From Polyangiaceae bacterium (GTDB lineage Bacteria; Myxococcota_A; Polyangia; Polyangiales; Polyangiaceae), in assembly GCA_965222375.1 (NCBI GenBank), contig CBDCTZ010000016.1, positions 896,001 through 960,000 on the forward strand: a DNA stretch of 64,000 bases, given 5' to 3'. The notes under the pieces were generated by a model that did no database searches, was not told the origin of the DNA, and was given only the letters and a program-made list of their open reading frames with translations. Position numbers and translations under genes: made by a program. Position 1 is the stretch's first letter; each line of letters starts with the position of its first letter. Below are positions 9,917 to 19,971 of the stretch, in pieces.

Positions 9917-11437
9917 GTGACAGCGAGCCTAGCTTCCATCTTCGGGCGCCTGAGATCGCTTCGGGCGGAGCAAGTCGCGACACTAGTCGTCACGTTGGTG
10001 TACCTGACGCTCGTCCTCATGCCGTGGTGGTCCACGGCGATCGTGCCGTCGATGGACTACCCCGAGTTTTTGACCTTCGTGCGTGCAGCTCAGGACTACC
10101 AGGATCCCAGCTCTCCGTACTACGGCACTTACACTCTGGCGTTTCCTCTAAAACCTCTCGTGCTGCCGATGGGAGTCGCGAGGTTCTTCTCTCTATTCGG
10201 CAGCATCGAGGTGGCCGGCAAACTGCTGTGGACGTTGTATGCGATTGGGATCCCCGTCGCGGGGCTGTGGTTGGCGGCGGAGGGCGGGGGCAGCCGCTGG
10301 AACATCGTGTTGCTCGCACCGTTGGTGTTTTCTCGATGGGTTAGCTACGGTTTTTTCCCCTTCTGCACCGGCGTACCGTTGCTCCTCGCGAGCTTTGCCC
10401 TTGCGCTGCGCTTTTTCCGCAAGCCAACTCGTGGCACGGGGATCGCGTTGGCTGTCCTTGGTGCCAGCCTGGTGTTTTGGCACGCGCTGATTGCTGCGAT
10501 GGGGCTGCTCGGGATCGCGGTTCTGTGGTGCTTGTGGCGAGCGCCGTCGTGGGCGCTTCGCTGGCGGGCTTTGCTTCCGGCGGCACCGATGGCTCTGGGC
10601 TGGCTTGGGTATTTCCTGATGACGTTTCTGGAACCCGAGGAGGCAGCGGAACGGATTTTCTTCGGAGACTTCAGCCTACGATTCGCTAACGACATGTCCT
10701 TCGCTCGGATCTTCATGCAGTTTCCGGGTGCGGATGTCTTCGCCAAGCTGCTCGGGTTGGCTCTCGTCGCGTCGTTGTTGCTTCAGCGCTTTAAGCCCCA
10801 GCTTTCGAACTTTCGCGGGGGCCGACCGATCTTGGCGCTCTCTGCCACGGCGTTGATTTGTTTCTTCGTGCTCCCCCACGATGCCTTCGGCGTCGAGGTA
10901 TTGGCGACGCGCTTCTTGTGGCTATCGACGGTGTTGTTGGCGGCGGGTTGGACCTGGCCTCAGGGAGGCATGCGGCGATTCGTGGTGCTGCTGGCTGTGA
11001 TCGGGATCGGCGGCATGTATCTGCGTGAAGTCACCCTGAGATTTCGTCAGTTTCACAAAGAAACGGCAGGTGCGAGTCGCTTGATGGACACTCTGCCACG
11101 GCGGGCCAATCTGTGGGGCCCGTGGCATGACACCGAGACGCTCGCTTTTCAGAACAAGCCTCTGCGCAGCGCTCATCAGTTGGCTGCGGTTCGCACCGGG
11201 GGCCTGCCCGCTGGGTCTTTCGCTCGGTACAAGCTCAACTACGTTCGCTACGTGAACGAAAACCCCATGCCGCTACTCAATGTGTACGGTTGGGAAAACC
11301 ACCCCGAGCTAACGGCCTTCGACTATGTGCTGCTCCGCAGAGCGATCAGCCGAGATCCTCGCCTGCGGGAGGTGGGGCGCGACGGCGACTGGGTGCTGTA
11401 CGTGATTTGTGGTTCGCGCCTCAAGCCAACCTGTTGA
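9917..11437 (+). CDS. Multi-pass membrane protein, putative GT-C-fold glycosyltransferase (paralog 3)
   Basis: VPSMDYPEF motif variant, YGFFPFCTGVP, FDYVLLR. Confidence 0.55.
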   Translation: MTASLASIFGRLRSLRAEQVATLVVTLVYLTLVLMPWWSTAIVPSMDYPEFLTFVRAAQDYQDPSSPYYGTYTLAFPLKPLVLPMGVARFFSLFGSIEVAGKLLWTLYAIGIPVAGLWLAAEGGGSRWNIVLLAPLVFSRWVSYGFFPFCTGVPLLLASFALALRFFRKPTRGTGIALAVLGASLVFWHALIAAMGLLGIAVLWCLWRAPSWALRWRALLPAAPMALGWLGYFLMTFLEPEEAAERIFFGDFSLRFANDMSFARIFMQFPGADVFAKLLGLALVASLLLQRFKPQLSNFRGGRPILALSATALICFFVLPHDAFGVEVLATRFLWLSTVLLAAGWTWPQGGMRRFVVLLAVIGIGGMYLREVTLRFRQFHKETAGASRLMDTLPRRANLWGPWHDTETLAFQNKPLRSAHQLAAVRTGGLPAGSFARYKLNYVRYVNENPMPLLNVYGWENHPELTAFDYVLLRRAISRDPRLREVGRDGDWVLYVICGSRLKPTC

Positions 11438-11439
11438 GC

Positions 11440-12981
11440 TCAGTCTGCGGGCAGGGTGCCGATGTTTTCGTACGCGGCGAACCGACCGCTGCGGGCGACG
11501 AGTCGCACGTTACCGCCTGCTCCGGGAAAAGACTCGGTCGGGGTCTGCCCTTTGGAAAAGCCAGCCAAGTAGTAATGGTAGTAGCGCCCGTGAGCACGGT
11601 AGGAAAAACCGCTGGGACTCTTCCAGTAGGGGCCCGGAGTCCGCCGAGTTCGGAAAGAGATGGGCGTGTTGTCGCTGACTAGGCCTTCCGGCATGTAGCC
11701 GGGCTTCTTGGCTTGGTACAGCAGCAGCACGTTGCGCATGGGAAAGCCCTGATGCAAGCTGTCTTTCTGGTCGTAGATCAGCGGCAGCACACGCTTGTTG
11801 GCGGGGATCTGTTGCAGCACGACGTCGAGGTGCCGGACTTCCGCGTCGAAGACGCCGAAGGTCTGATGCAGCTTCGAGCCCGTATAGGCGAAGACGGCTA
11901 GGCCCGGCAGGATGAGGCCGAGGTGTACGCCGTGCAGCCGGGCTTTGGGCAGGACCAGGAGGAGCAACAGGGCCGGCACCACCACTCGCACGTTGGTCGC
12001 CCAATGGTAGTAGGGCTTGGTGGTATGCGCGGGCGCCATCAGGAAAAACGCGACGACGCCGATGACCGCCAACCCCAGGGACCAATGGGCCTTCGGTGTG
12101 GCGTGAGCTTGGGCACGCGCACCCAGGCAGAGCAAGAGCGTCGCTGCCAGCGCCAGTAGCGCGTATTCGTCGAAGCTGCCGAGCTGTACGTCGTTCGCCC
12201 AAGTCAGGAACGCGCGAAGATTCTCGCCTGGGCTCAGGTAGACTCCTTCGAATCCGGCATCTTTGGTTTCGCCCCGGGACCACCACAGCGCAATGCCCAT
12301 GGCCGGCAAGGCAAATAGGCCGCGCCGGATGATGCGCAACGGGTGATGCACTTGGGAAAAGAAGATGATCGGCCCTGCGATGGCGAAGGCCGCGGCGACC
12401 AGTACGTGGCTGAGGTAGAGCAGCACCAGGAGCAGAGCCAGACCAAGTTCCTTCGTCCACTTGGGGTGGTCCAAGTATTCCTTCAGCAGTGCGACGGTGA
12501 GCACGAAGATGGGTAGGGCAACGACGTTCGAGGTGAAGCCGTAGACAAAGGGCGTATTGTAGACCAGCGGGAACGCGAGCAATCCGTAGCGACGGTCGCG
12601 CCCGAAGCGAGTGGCGAGATAGGAGACGCTCAGCGGCAAAGTCGCAACGTAGGCGCCCAGGATGATTCGGTTGGCGGTCTCGAGGGGCACCAAGCCACCC
12701 AGGATGCGCAGCAGGGAGTAGTAGATCACATATGGAGGCATGCCGCCGCGGGCGACGTACTCACGGGCGATGACGCCATCGCCGTCTAGGTGTCGCCAGA
12801 TCTGCACCAGCGCCAAGTGCGCCGGCCCATCCTGCATCGGCAGGTGGCGCAGAAGCACGACCGGAGCCAAGTACACGCCCAGCAGGGCCAGGTAGAGCAG
12901 GACGAAGAGCTTGTCGTCGAGCAGGACCTTTGCCGCTGCGGTAAGTCGCATCGCGATCGACCGCCGCGCCCGCTCGAGCAT
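11440..12981 (-). CDS. Multi-pass membrane protein, putative GT-C-fold glycosyltransferase (paralog 4)
   Basis: LPMQDGPAH motif, YGFTSNVVALP, YHYYL. Confidence 0.6.
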   Translation of the reverse strand: MLERARRSIAMRLTAAAKVLLDDKLFVLLYLALLGVYLAPVVLLRHLPMQDGPAHLALVQIWRHLDGDGVIAREYVARGGMPPYVIYYSLLRILGGLVPLETANRIILGAYVATLPLSVSYLATRFGRDRRYGLLAFPLVYNTPFVYGFTSNVVALPIFVLTVALLKEYLDHPKWTKELGLALLLVLLYLSHVLVAAAFAIAGPIIFFSQVHHPLRIIRRGLFALPAMGIALWWSRGETKDAGFEGVYLSPGENLRAFLTWANDVQLGSFDEYALLALAATLLLCLGARAQAHATPKAHWSLGLAVIGVVAFFLMAPAHTTKPYYHWATNVRVVVPALLLLLVLPKARLHGVHLGLILPGLAVFAYTGSKLHQTFGVFDAEVRHLDVVLQQIPANKRVLPLIYDQKDSLHQGFPMRNVLLLYQAKKPGYMPEGLVSDNTPISFRTRRTPGPYWKSPSGFSYRAHGRYYHYYLAGFSKGQTPTESFPGAGGNVRLVARSGRFAAYENIGTLPAD

Positions 12982-13028
12982 GGCTCGCTTCTACCACAGT
13001 CGGGAAGCGAGGCGCTGAGCCCCTGGCC

Positions 13029-14006
13029 TCAGTTCTTGTGCCTGCGCCGCTTCAACGCCAGCGCCGCGCCGAGCGCCAGCAGGGCGTAATCGGAGCCGCC
13101 GCCGGGCGTTGGCCCGGGCACGGAGCACGCGCAGCCGCTGTCTGACTCGGGCTCGGGGGACGGAGTGAGATCGCCGAGGGTGCCGCACAGGCTTCCTCCC
13201 GGATGGCTCATGCACCAGAGGGACAGCCACTTGCGTCCTTCTGGCGGCGAGCCGCATTTGGCCACCGCTGCTTTGAGCACTCCTTCGCCGGTGGCAGGGA
13301 GTTCGGAATGGGCGACGCAAAGCTTTTGGGTTGCCTCGTTGTCATCACGCAGGTCCAGCGTGAGTTGTTGGTAGGTCGGAGCGCTGGTGGGGATCGTGAG
13401 ATCGAAGCGGATGCCGTAGGCGTGCAACTCGGTGGTACCAAACGTCCAGGTGTAGGGGCCACAACTGGAGAAGCTTCCACCGGTGCACTTGGTCGTGTCG
13501 CCGACGAGAAACGGCTCTCGTGTCAGCTCGAGCTTGTCGATAGCAGCCTCCGCGAAGTCAGAAGAGGCGCCAGAGGTCGTGAACGTCGTGCGGCCCCCAG
13601 GTGGCTTGCCGAAGCTCCAGCCAGGGTCGACCTCCCAGCTGACACTGTAGGTGGCGTTGGCTTCGAGTAGAGAAGTGGAACGCCACATCAATCTCTTTTG
13701 CACGAGCAACAGGGAGCCCGGCACCTCGGCATCAGCGCCGTCCTTGACCGTGACCGTTACGGAGCTGATGGCATCTGCGTCGGTGGCGCCGTCGGAAAGC
13801 CAGCCGTCGAAGATGAGCAGACCGTCCACCGGCAAGCTGGAGTCGCTCTTGAGTTCCAGGCTCATCCAACCAGCGCCGTACGGCGCCGCGCCCGAACAGC
13901 CGTCCGCAGTGCTCACCATGCGTGGTGACATCAGGGTGGCGGCCATCGCCAACGGAAGAACGAAGAGAGAGCCGATGAGTCCGCGCAGGTGCCGAGTTCG
14001 TCGCAT
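13029..14006 (-). CDS. Secreted protein with MYXO-CTERM sorting signal
   Basis: N-terminal signal peptide; C-terminus DSGCACSVPG...ALLALGAALALKRRRHKN. Confidence 0.85.
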   Translation of the reverse strand: MRRTRHLRGLIGSLFVLPLAMAATLMSPRMVSTADGCSGAAPYGAGWMSLELKSDSSLPVDGLLIFDGWLSDGATDADAISSVTVTVKDGADAEVPGSLLLVQKRLMWRSTSLLEANATYSVSWEVDPGWSFGKPPGGRTTFTTSGASSDFAEAAIDKLELTREPFLVGDTTKCTGGSFSSCGPYTWTFGTTELHAYGIRFDLTIPTSAPTYQQLTLDLRDDNEATQKLCVAHSELPATGEGVLKAAVAKCGSPPEGRKWLSLWCMSHPGGSLCGTLGDLTPSPEPESDSGCACSVPGPTPGGGSDYALLALGAALALKRRRHKN

Positions 14007-14184
14007 GTCGTGTGAACCCCCGCCTCAAAGCGGTGTGAAGGCTGTGCCAGTCAAATCGACCCCACTTGGCACAGGTTGGCGCGATGTCGTCCGTGTTCAT
14101 CGTAAAATCGTAAAATTACCCACATGCACAGTTGTGTCGGCACGATTTGTCACACGGCACAGTGGCCCAACCCCGCTCCGCCCA

Positions 14185-14260
14185 GCCCCACCCGGGTTGA
14201 TGAGACGCTTGGGCTGGCCCCACCCGGGTTGATTTTCGCCCTGGTTGATTTTCGCCCTGG
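14185..14260. repeat. Short direct repeats in the divergent intergenic region upstream of the FDH operon
   Basis: GCCCCACCCGGGTTGAT at 14185 and 14217; GGTTGATTTTCGCCCTGG at 14227 and 14243. Confidence 0.7.
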
Positions 14261-14399
14261 CGCCCCCCGTTGCGCCGCGCCGGCGGTTGGCGAGGTCCTC
14301 CCAAGACCTCGGCCTCTCGCCCCGGGTGCCTCGCCTGCCGCCTAGCTCGAACCCACGTTTCTGCGCCCGGTCACGCACCCTGTGCCAAGCTGTGCGGGC

Positions 14400-15977
14400 A
14401 TGTTTCGCTCGAAGAAGCGCCACGAGCTGCCGGACGCGCTGCGCGAAATGGGTGGCCTGAGCGACGGCATTTCCAGGCAGGCCCAGGAGCGAACCGGGGT
14501 GCCCGAGGCCGAGGCGTACGGTGTGGCCACCTTTTACCATCTGCTAGAGCGCCCTAACGTCAGCCTGCGTGTGTGCACGGGCCTGTGCTGTCGCATGGCT
14601 GGCGCCCAAGACGTCCTAGAAGCGGCGCACGCCATGGGGATCAGCAGTGAAGCTTGCTCATGCTTGGCCGCCTGCGATGTTCCACCCGCCGTGCTGCGTG
14701 GTCGACGCGTCTTGCCTCGCGTGAGCGTGGCGGCCCTCAAGAAAGCCAGAGACGCAGATGGACTCGACGCGCCGGATTGGAAAGGCGTCATCGGGCCCGA
14801 TCCCGGCGATCCCGACAAACTGGCCATGGATCTCTCGGCCGCTCCGGACTTCAGCGGCCACGCTTTCGCGGCCGCGAAGCAGCTCGGCCCGGATGGCGTC
14901 ATCAAGGCGATCGAAGTATCTGGGTTGCAGGGGAGAGGCGGCGCGGGGTTCCCGGCGCACATCAAGTGGAAGAGCGTTGCGTCCCAAGCCGAGAAGGTGC
15001 GCTACATCGTCTTGAACGCCGACGAAGGCGAACCGGGAACATTCAAGGATCGGGAGGTGCTTTTGCGCCGCCCAGATCTCGTCCTCGAAGGCATGGCCAT
15101 CGCCGCAGCCGCGGTGGGCGCAACCGAAGCCTATCTCTATCTGCGTGGCGAATTCGAGATCCCCTGGGGCATCGTCGATGCGGCCATCACCAAGTTCACC
15201 GAACAGGGCACCTTCGGCGAGATCAGCTTTCACATGCACGCAGGCAATGGCGCCTACATCTGTGGGGAGGAGACCGCGCTGCTCGAGGCCCTCGAGGGCA
15301 AGCGGGGCATGCCGCGGCTCAAGCCGCCCTTTCCGACGGAGTACGGGCTGTGGGGCAAACCCACCCTGATGCACAACGTCGAGACCATCGCCTGCGTGCC
15401 CGCCATCGTCGCTCGCGGCGGGGAGTGGTTCAAGAAGTTGGGCAAGACTGAAGCGGGCAGCAAGCTGTACTGCGTCAGCGGGGACGTGGAGCGACCTGGC
15501 ACCTATGAGCTTCCTCTGGGCGTCTGTTTGGACGAACTCGTTGCAGCCGCTGGTGGCTACGTTGGCGAGCTGCGGGCGTTCTCGCCGGGTGGTGCCAGCT
15601 CCGGTTTCCTGCCCGCGTCGGAACGCACGCGGCCCCTGGACTTCCGTGGTCTTGCCGAGGCTGGGTCGATGTTGGGCTCATCCGGCGTGGTCGTTTTGAA
15701 TCAAGAGGCGGATCTCAAAAGCGCGGTGGCGGACCAACTGCGCTTCTTCGAGGACGAGAGTTGCGGCCAGTGCGCGCCCTGCCGCATTGGCACCCGCTAC
15801 TTGCGCGAGTCCTTTGCCAAGCACGCCGACGCACCCGACGTCGGCGTTGAAGCATTGCGTCACGCAGCAGAGGTGGCCTGGGAGATGAACGAAGGCTCGA
15901 TCTGTGGACTCGGTCAGGCGGCGCCATTACCTTTGACTAGCGCCATGAAGCACTTTCCCGAGGAGTTCAAAGGGTGA
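14400..15977 (+). CDS. NAD-dependent formate dehydrogenase diaphorase subunit (NuoE-like + NuoF-like fusion)
   Basis: GVATFY, CTGLCC...CLAAC (2Fe-2S); GRGGAGFP, NADEGEPGTFKDR, GAYICGEETAL, ESCGQCAPCR...SICGLG. Confidence 0.92.
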   Translation: MFRSKKRHELPDALREMGGLSDGISRQAQERTGVPEAEAYGVATFYHLLERPNVSLRVCTGLCCRMAGAQDVLEAAHAMGISSEACSCLAACDVPPAVLRGRRVLPRVSVAALKKARDADGLDAPDWKGVIGPDPGDPDKLAMDLSAAPDFSGHAFAAAKQLGPDGVIKAIEVSGLQGRGGAGFPAHIKWKSVASQAEKVRYIVLNADEGEPGTFKDREVLLRRPDLVLEGMAIAAAAVGATEAYLYLRGEFEIPWGIVDAAITKFTEQGTFGEISFHMHAGNGAYICGEETALLEALEGKRGMPRLKPPFPTEYGLWGKPTLMHNVETIACVPAIVARGGEWFKKLGKTEAGSKLYCVSGDVERPGTYELPLGVCLDELVAAAGGYVGELRAFSPGGASSGFLPASERTRPLDFRGLAEAGSMLGSSGVVVLNQEADLKSAVADQLRFFEDESCGQCAPCRIGTRYLRESFAKHADAPDVGVEALRHAAEVAWEMNEGSICGLGQAAPLPLTSAMKHFPEEFKG

Positions 15978-18700
15978 AGCTTCAGCTCGACGGCAAGAGC
16001 GTGGAGTTCGAAGCAGGGGAAACGCTGCTGGAAGTGGCGCGTCGCCATGGCAAGGACATCCCGACGCTATGCCACGACCCGCGTCTCGAGCCCGTGGGCG
16101 CGTGTCGCACTTGCCTCGTGGAGGTCGACGGCTTTCGTCGCATGCCCCCATCCTGCGCCACGCAGGCCGCCGAGGGCATGAAAGTCCTCACGGATAGCGA
16201 ACGCATTCAGCGCCACCGCCAAGCACTTCTGTCGCTGTACCTAACGGATCATCCCGAGGAACCCACCGAGCAACTCAGCGAAAACCAGCTCCTGGGGATG
16301 GCGGAGCAATGCGGCGCCGCAGGCGACTGGGGCAAGATGGCCTCGGAGCGCGCGGGCCGTCGTGAAGACCGCAACCCCTACGTGCACTTCCAGCCCGAGC
16401 TGTGCATTCTGTGTGCGCGCTGCACGCGCTACTGTAACGAAGTCGAAGCAGTCAACGCCATCACCTTGGCTCACCGCGGCGCCAAGACCACGATCGCGAC
16501 CGTTGATCAGCGATCCTTGATGGATACCAGCTGTGAACTCTGTGGCGGTTGCATCGACGTGTGCCCCACCGGCGCCATGACCGAGAAGCTGCCGCTGACC
16601 CGCGACGTCAAGCCGGGCAAGCACCTCAAGGTCGTGCGCAGCACTTGCAACTACTGCGGCGTGGGCTGCCAGCTGGACTTGAACGTCGACCCGGCGGCCA
16701 ACGACGGTCGCGGCAAGGTCGTGCGAGTGACCAGCCCGGAAACGGGTACCACGACCAATGACGGCAACCTCTGCGTCAAAGGTCGCTTCGCTTACGACTT
16801 CGTCGATCATCCCGATCGCTTGACGGTCCCCTTGATTCGCCAACCCGATGGGCAATTCAAAGAGGCAAGTTGGGACGAGGCTATCCGCGTTGCAGCCGAA
16901 GGCCTGAGCCGTGTCAAAGCCAAGCATGGCGCCAACGCTTTGGGCTTCGTCAGCTCGTCGCGTTGCACTATGGAGGACAACTACTTGGTGCAGAAGCTTT
17001 CGCGAGCTGCCTTCGGCACCAACAACTGTCATCAGTGTGCAGCTACCTGACACGCCCCGACGGTGGCCGGGCTGGTCACCACGTTTGGCGCGGGGGCGAT
17101 GACCAACTCGATCCAGGAGATCCGCGACGCCGATTTCTTGTTCGTCATCGGCAGCAATACGACCGAGGCGCACCCGATCATTGCCATGGAGATGAAGCGG
17201 GCCGTGGGCCGCGGTGCGACGCTGGTCGTGGCGGATCCGCGAAGCATTTGGCTCAGCCAGATCGCAGATAGACATCTGCAACTGCGCCCGGGCACGGACG
17301 TGTGGCTACTGAATGCCATGGCGCATGTGATCGTGACCGAGGGCCTGGTCGACAAGGAATTCATCGCCAAGCACACCGAAGGCTACGAATCCGTGGCCGA
17401 AGCGGTTCAAGGCTACACCCCCGAAGAAGCCGAGAAGGTCACCGGGACCCCTGCCGACGACATACGTTGGACCGCGCGGCGCTACGCCCAGACCGACAAG
17501 GCGGGGATCTACTACACCCTGGGCATCACCGAGCATTCCCACGGCACCGACAACGTCTACGCCCTCGCCAATCTGGTGCTGATGACGGGGCACCTGGGCA
17601 AAGCCTCTTCCGGCATGAACCCGCTTCGCGGGCAGAACAACGTGCAGGGCGCCAACGATGCGGGCGCGACGCCGGTGTTCTTCCCGGGTTACCAGCGGGT
17701 GGACGACCCCGAGGTCATTGCGAAATACGAGAAGTCGTGGGGCGTGAAGCTCGACCCGGCGCCCGGCATGAACCTCAACGTGATGATGAAGGAGGTTGGC
17801 AAGCAGATCCGCGGCCTCTACGTCATGGGGGAGGACATCTTGCTATCCGAGCCCAACGTCAGCCGCTTGGAAGAGGGCATGAACCAGATCGAGTTCTTGG
17901 TGCTTCAGGACGCCTTCATGAACGAAACTGCGCGTTATGCCGACGTGATTTTGCCCGCAGCGATTTTCGCCGAGAAGGAAGGCACCTTCACGAACTCCGA
18001 GCGTCGCGTGCAGCGCGTGCGCAAGGCCGTCGAGCCCCCGGGTCAGGCGCGCCCGGATTGGGAGATCGTGGTCGACTTGGCCAATGCCGTCGGTGCGAGC
18101 TGGAGCTTCGACTCCGCAGCTGACGTGTATGCGGAGATGGTTCGTGACGCGCCAAAGTTTTCCGGCATCAGCCATGAGCGCGTAGACAGCGAAGGCGGCC
18201 TTCAGTGGCCCTGTCCCACCCCCGACCATCCGGGAACGCGCTTCTTGCATGAAGGTGGCGTGTTGCGCGGCAAGGGTCAGTTCCAAGCCGTTCACTATCG
18301 GCCCAGTGAAGAGCTGCCCGACCACGAATACACTCTGGTGCTCTCAACCGGTCGCACGCTCTACCACTACAACGCGGCGACTCAGACCCGACGCGAATCC
18401 GGGCTCAGTGCCAAACAGCCCCGCATGTTCGTGCAGATCCATCCCTTCGACGCCAAGTCTCGCGGGATCCGCAACGGCGAGCGCGTCGAAGTGTTCAGCC
18501 GCCGGGGCACCATCTTCGCCGATGCGGTGGTGACCAAAGAAGTACGCCGCGGCTGCATTTGGATCCCACTGCACTTTGCCGAGGCCCGCGCCAACCTGCT
18601 GACCAACGACGCCGGCGACGCCGTGACCCAAACCGCCGAATACAAGGTTTGCGCCGCAGAAGTGCGCAAATTGGTCGAGCAGGCAATCAGCGCTGAGTGA
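15974..18700 (+). CDS. fdhF: Formate dehydrogenase alpha subunit, selenocysteine-containing (908 aa; TGA 17048-17050 = Sec)
   Basis: ORFs 15974..17050 and 17063..18700 are in one frame; TGA lies at the metal-ligand position (CAAT-U-HAPTVAGL...FGAGAMTN); CNYCGVGC, PLRGQNNVQGA, EGTFTNSERRVQ. Confidence 0.93.
17051..17080 (+). promoter_or_regulatory. Bacterial SECIS element
   Basis: 11 nt after the UGA: stem GGTGGCC (17062-68) / GGTCACC (17074-80) with a G-containing loop GGGCT. Confidence 0.8.
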
Positions 18701-18822
18701 GCGGCCGGCGCACCTGCTTGCAGCCCGTGCGTGTTTGGGTGACCCGGTGCGCGGGCGGCACGTCCGTACGCCGAAAACTTCTATTCGTCCGCAAGTCCGT
18801 GGGGTGATAGACTCGCTGTTCG

Positions 18823-19866
18823 ATGCGGCACCCATCAACGGCCCTACTGAGCACCCTAGTCGCCCTGGGGTGTTCATCCCCGCAATTCGAGGTTGGAGGC
18901 GAGGGCGGCAAGGATGGTTTCGCGGGCAGCGGCGGCAGCGCCTGGCCCGACGCGAGCGTGGGTGGATCGAGCGCAACAGGTGGTGTTGGAGGCAGTTCGG
19001 GTGCGGCAGGTAGCTCGGGAGCAAGTGGCACCGGCGGCAGTTCGGGCTGCGCCACCGCTGAGACTTGCTTGCCGGCCGTGCCCCCTGGGGGGTGGACTGG
19101 CCCGGTGACCATTGCCCAGGGCAGCACCACGGCGTTGTGTCAGGGGGGATGGACGCAGGATGCGAGCTTGTCAGCCAAGCAGGGCCTCGACGGAGGCGCG
19201 GAAGCTTGCAGCTGTAGTTGCACCGGTGACCCAGGCTGCGGTTCGCAAATCACCGTGACGGGCTCGGGAGTCGCGGGCTGTGGCACGCCCTGCGATTCCA
19301 GCTTCTTTCTCGGTTCGACCTGCCAGAAGCTTCCAACTTGCTCGAAGTACATGAAGCTCAGCCCATTGAACGTCAACAAAAAATGCGCAGGCAAGAAAAC
19401 GGAGGCGATTCCCGCGCCATCGTGGCAGACCGAGGTCACCGCCTGCAGGGCGACCGGCGCGTCTTGTGCGAACGGCGGTGTGTGTGCACCCGCCGTGCTG
19501 TCACCCTTCGACCGGTTTTGCATTGCGCGGGTCGGTGATATCGCGACTTGCCCCGCGGGCTACCCCAACCGAGAGCTCGCCCACAAGGCCTTCTTGGATA
19601 CCCGCGCCTGCGACGGCGCCTGCACCTGCAGCGGCTTCATCACCAACAAGAGCGAAGTGAAGGTCTACGCCGGTGGCGGCTGTGGTGGTGCAGGTACAAC
19701 GAACGCCGCCAAACTTGGCGGCTCCTGCTACATGACGACCTTTGCCTCTCCCCCAGTGGATCTATCCGTGAAGTTCTTCAGCAGCTGCAGCTGTAAGCCC
19801 GAGTCGATCAGTATGACTGGCAACCTCAAAGGGGTTCAGCCCGTCACGTACTGTTGCACGACCTGA
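18823..19866 (+). CDS. Cys-rich lipoprotein with Gly/Ser linker (paralog A)
   Basis: Lipobox ALGC-SSPQFEV; ends PVTYCCTT. Confidence 0.8.
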   Translation: MRHPSTALLSTLVALGCSSPQFEVGGEGGKDGFAGSGGSAWPDASVGGSSATGGVGGSSGAAGSSGASGTGGSSGCATAETCLPAVPPGGWTGPVTIAQGSTTALCQGGWTQDASLSAKQGLDGGAEACSCSCTGDPGCGSQITVTGSGVAGCGTPCDSSFFLGSTCQKLPTCSKYMKLSPLNVNKKCAGKKTEAIPAPSWQTEVTACRATGASCANGGVCAPAVLSPFDRFCIARVGDIATCPAGYPNRELAHKAFLDTRACDGACTCSGFITNKSEVKVYAGGGCGGAGTTNAAKLGGSCYMTTFASPPVDLSVKFFSSCSCKPESISMTGNLKGVQPVTYCCTT

Positions 19867-19971
19867 GCGTCGCAGCGAAGCTGCACGCCTCGCGAGCGGT
19901 TCACTCCGCGACGATCATTCTGCGCTCAGCGAAATCCGCGAGCCACCAACCGCCGTGGTACAGTGGGGTTC

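Noticed and set aside
17048..17050. Nonsense mutation making FDH a pseudogene
   Set aside because: The TGA is exactly at the Sec position and is followed by a SECIS-like hairpin
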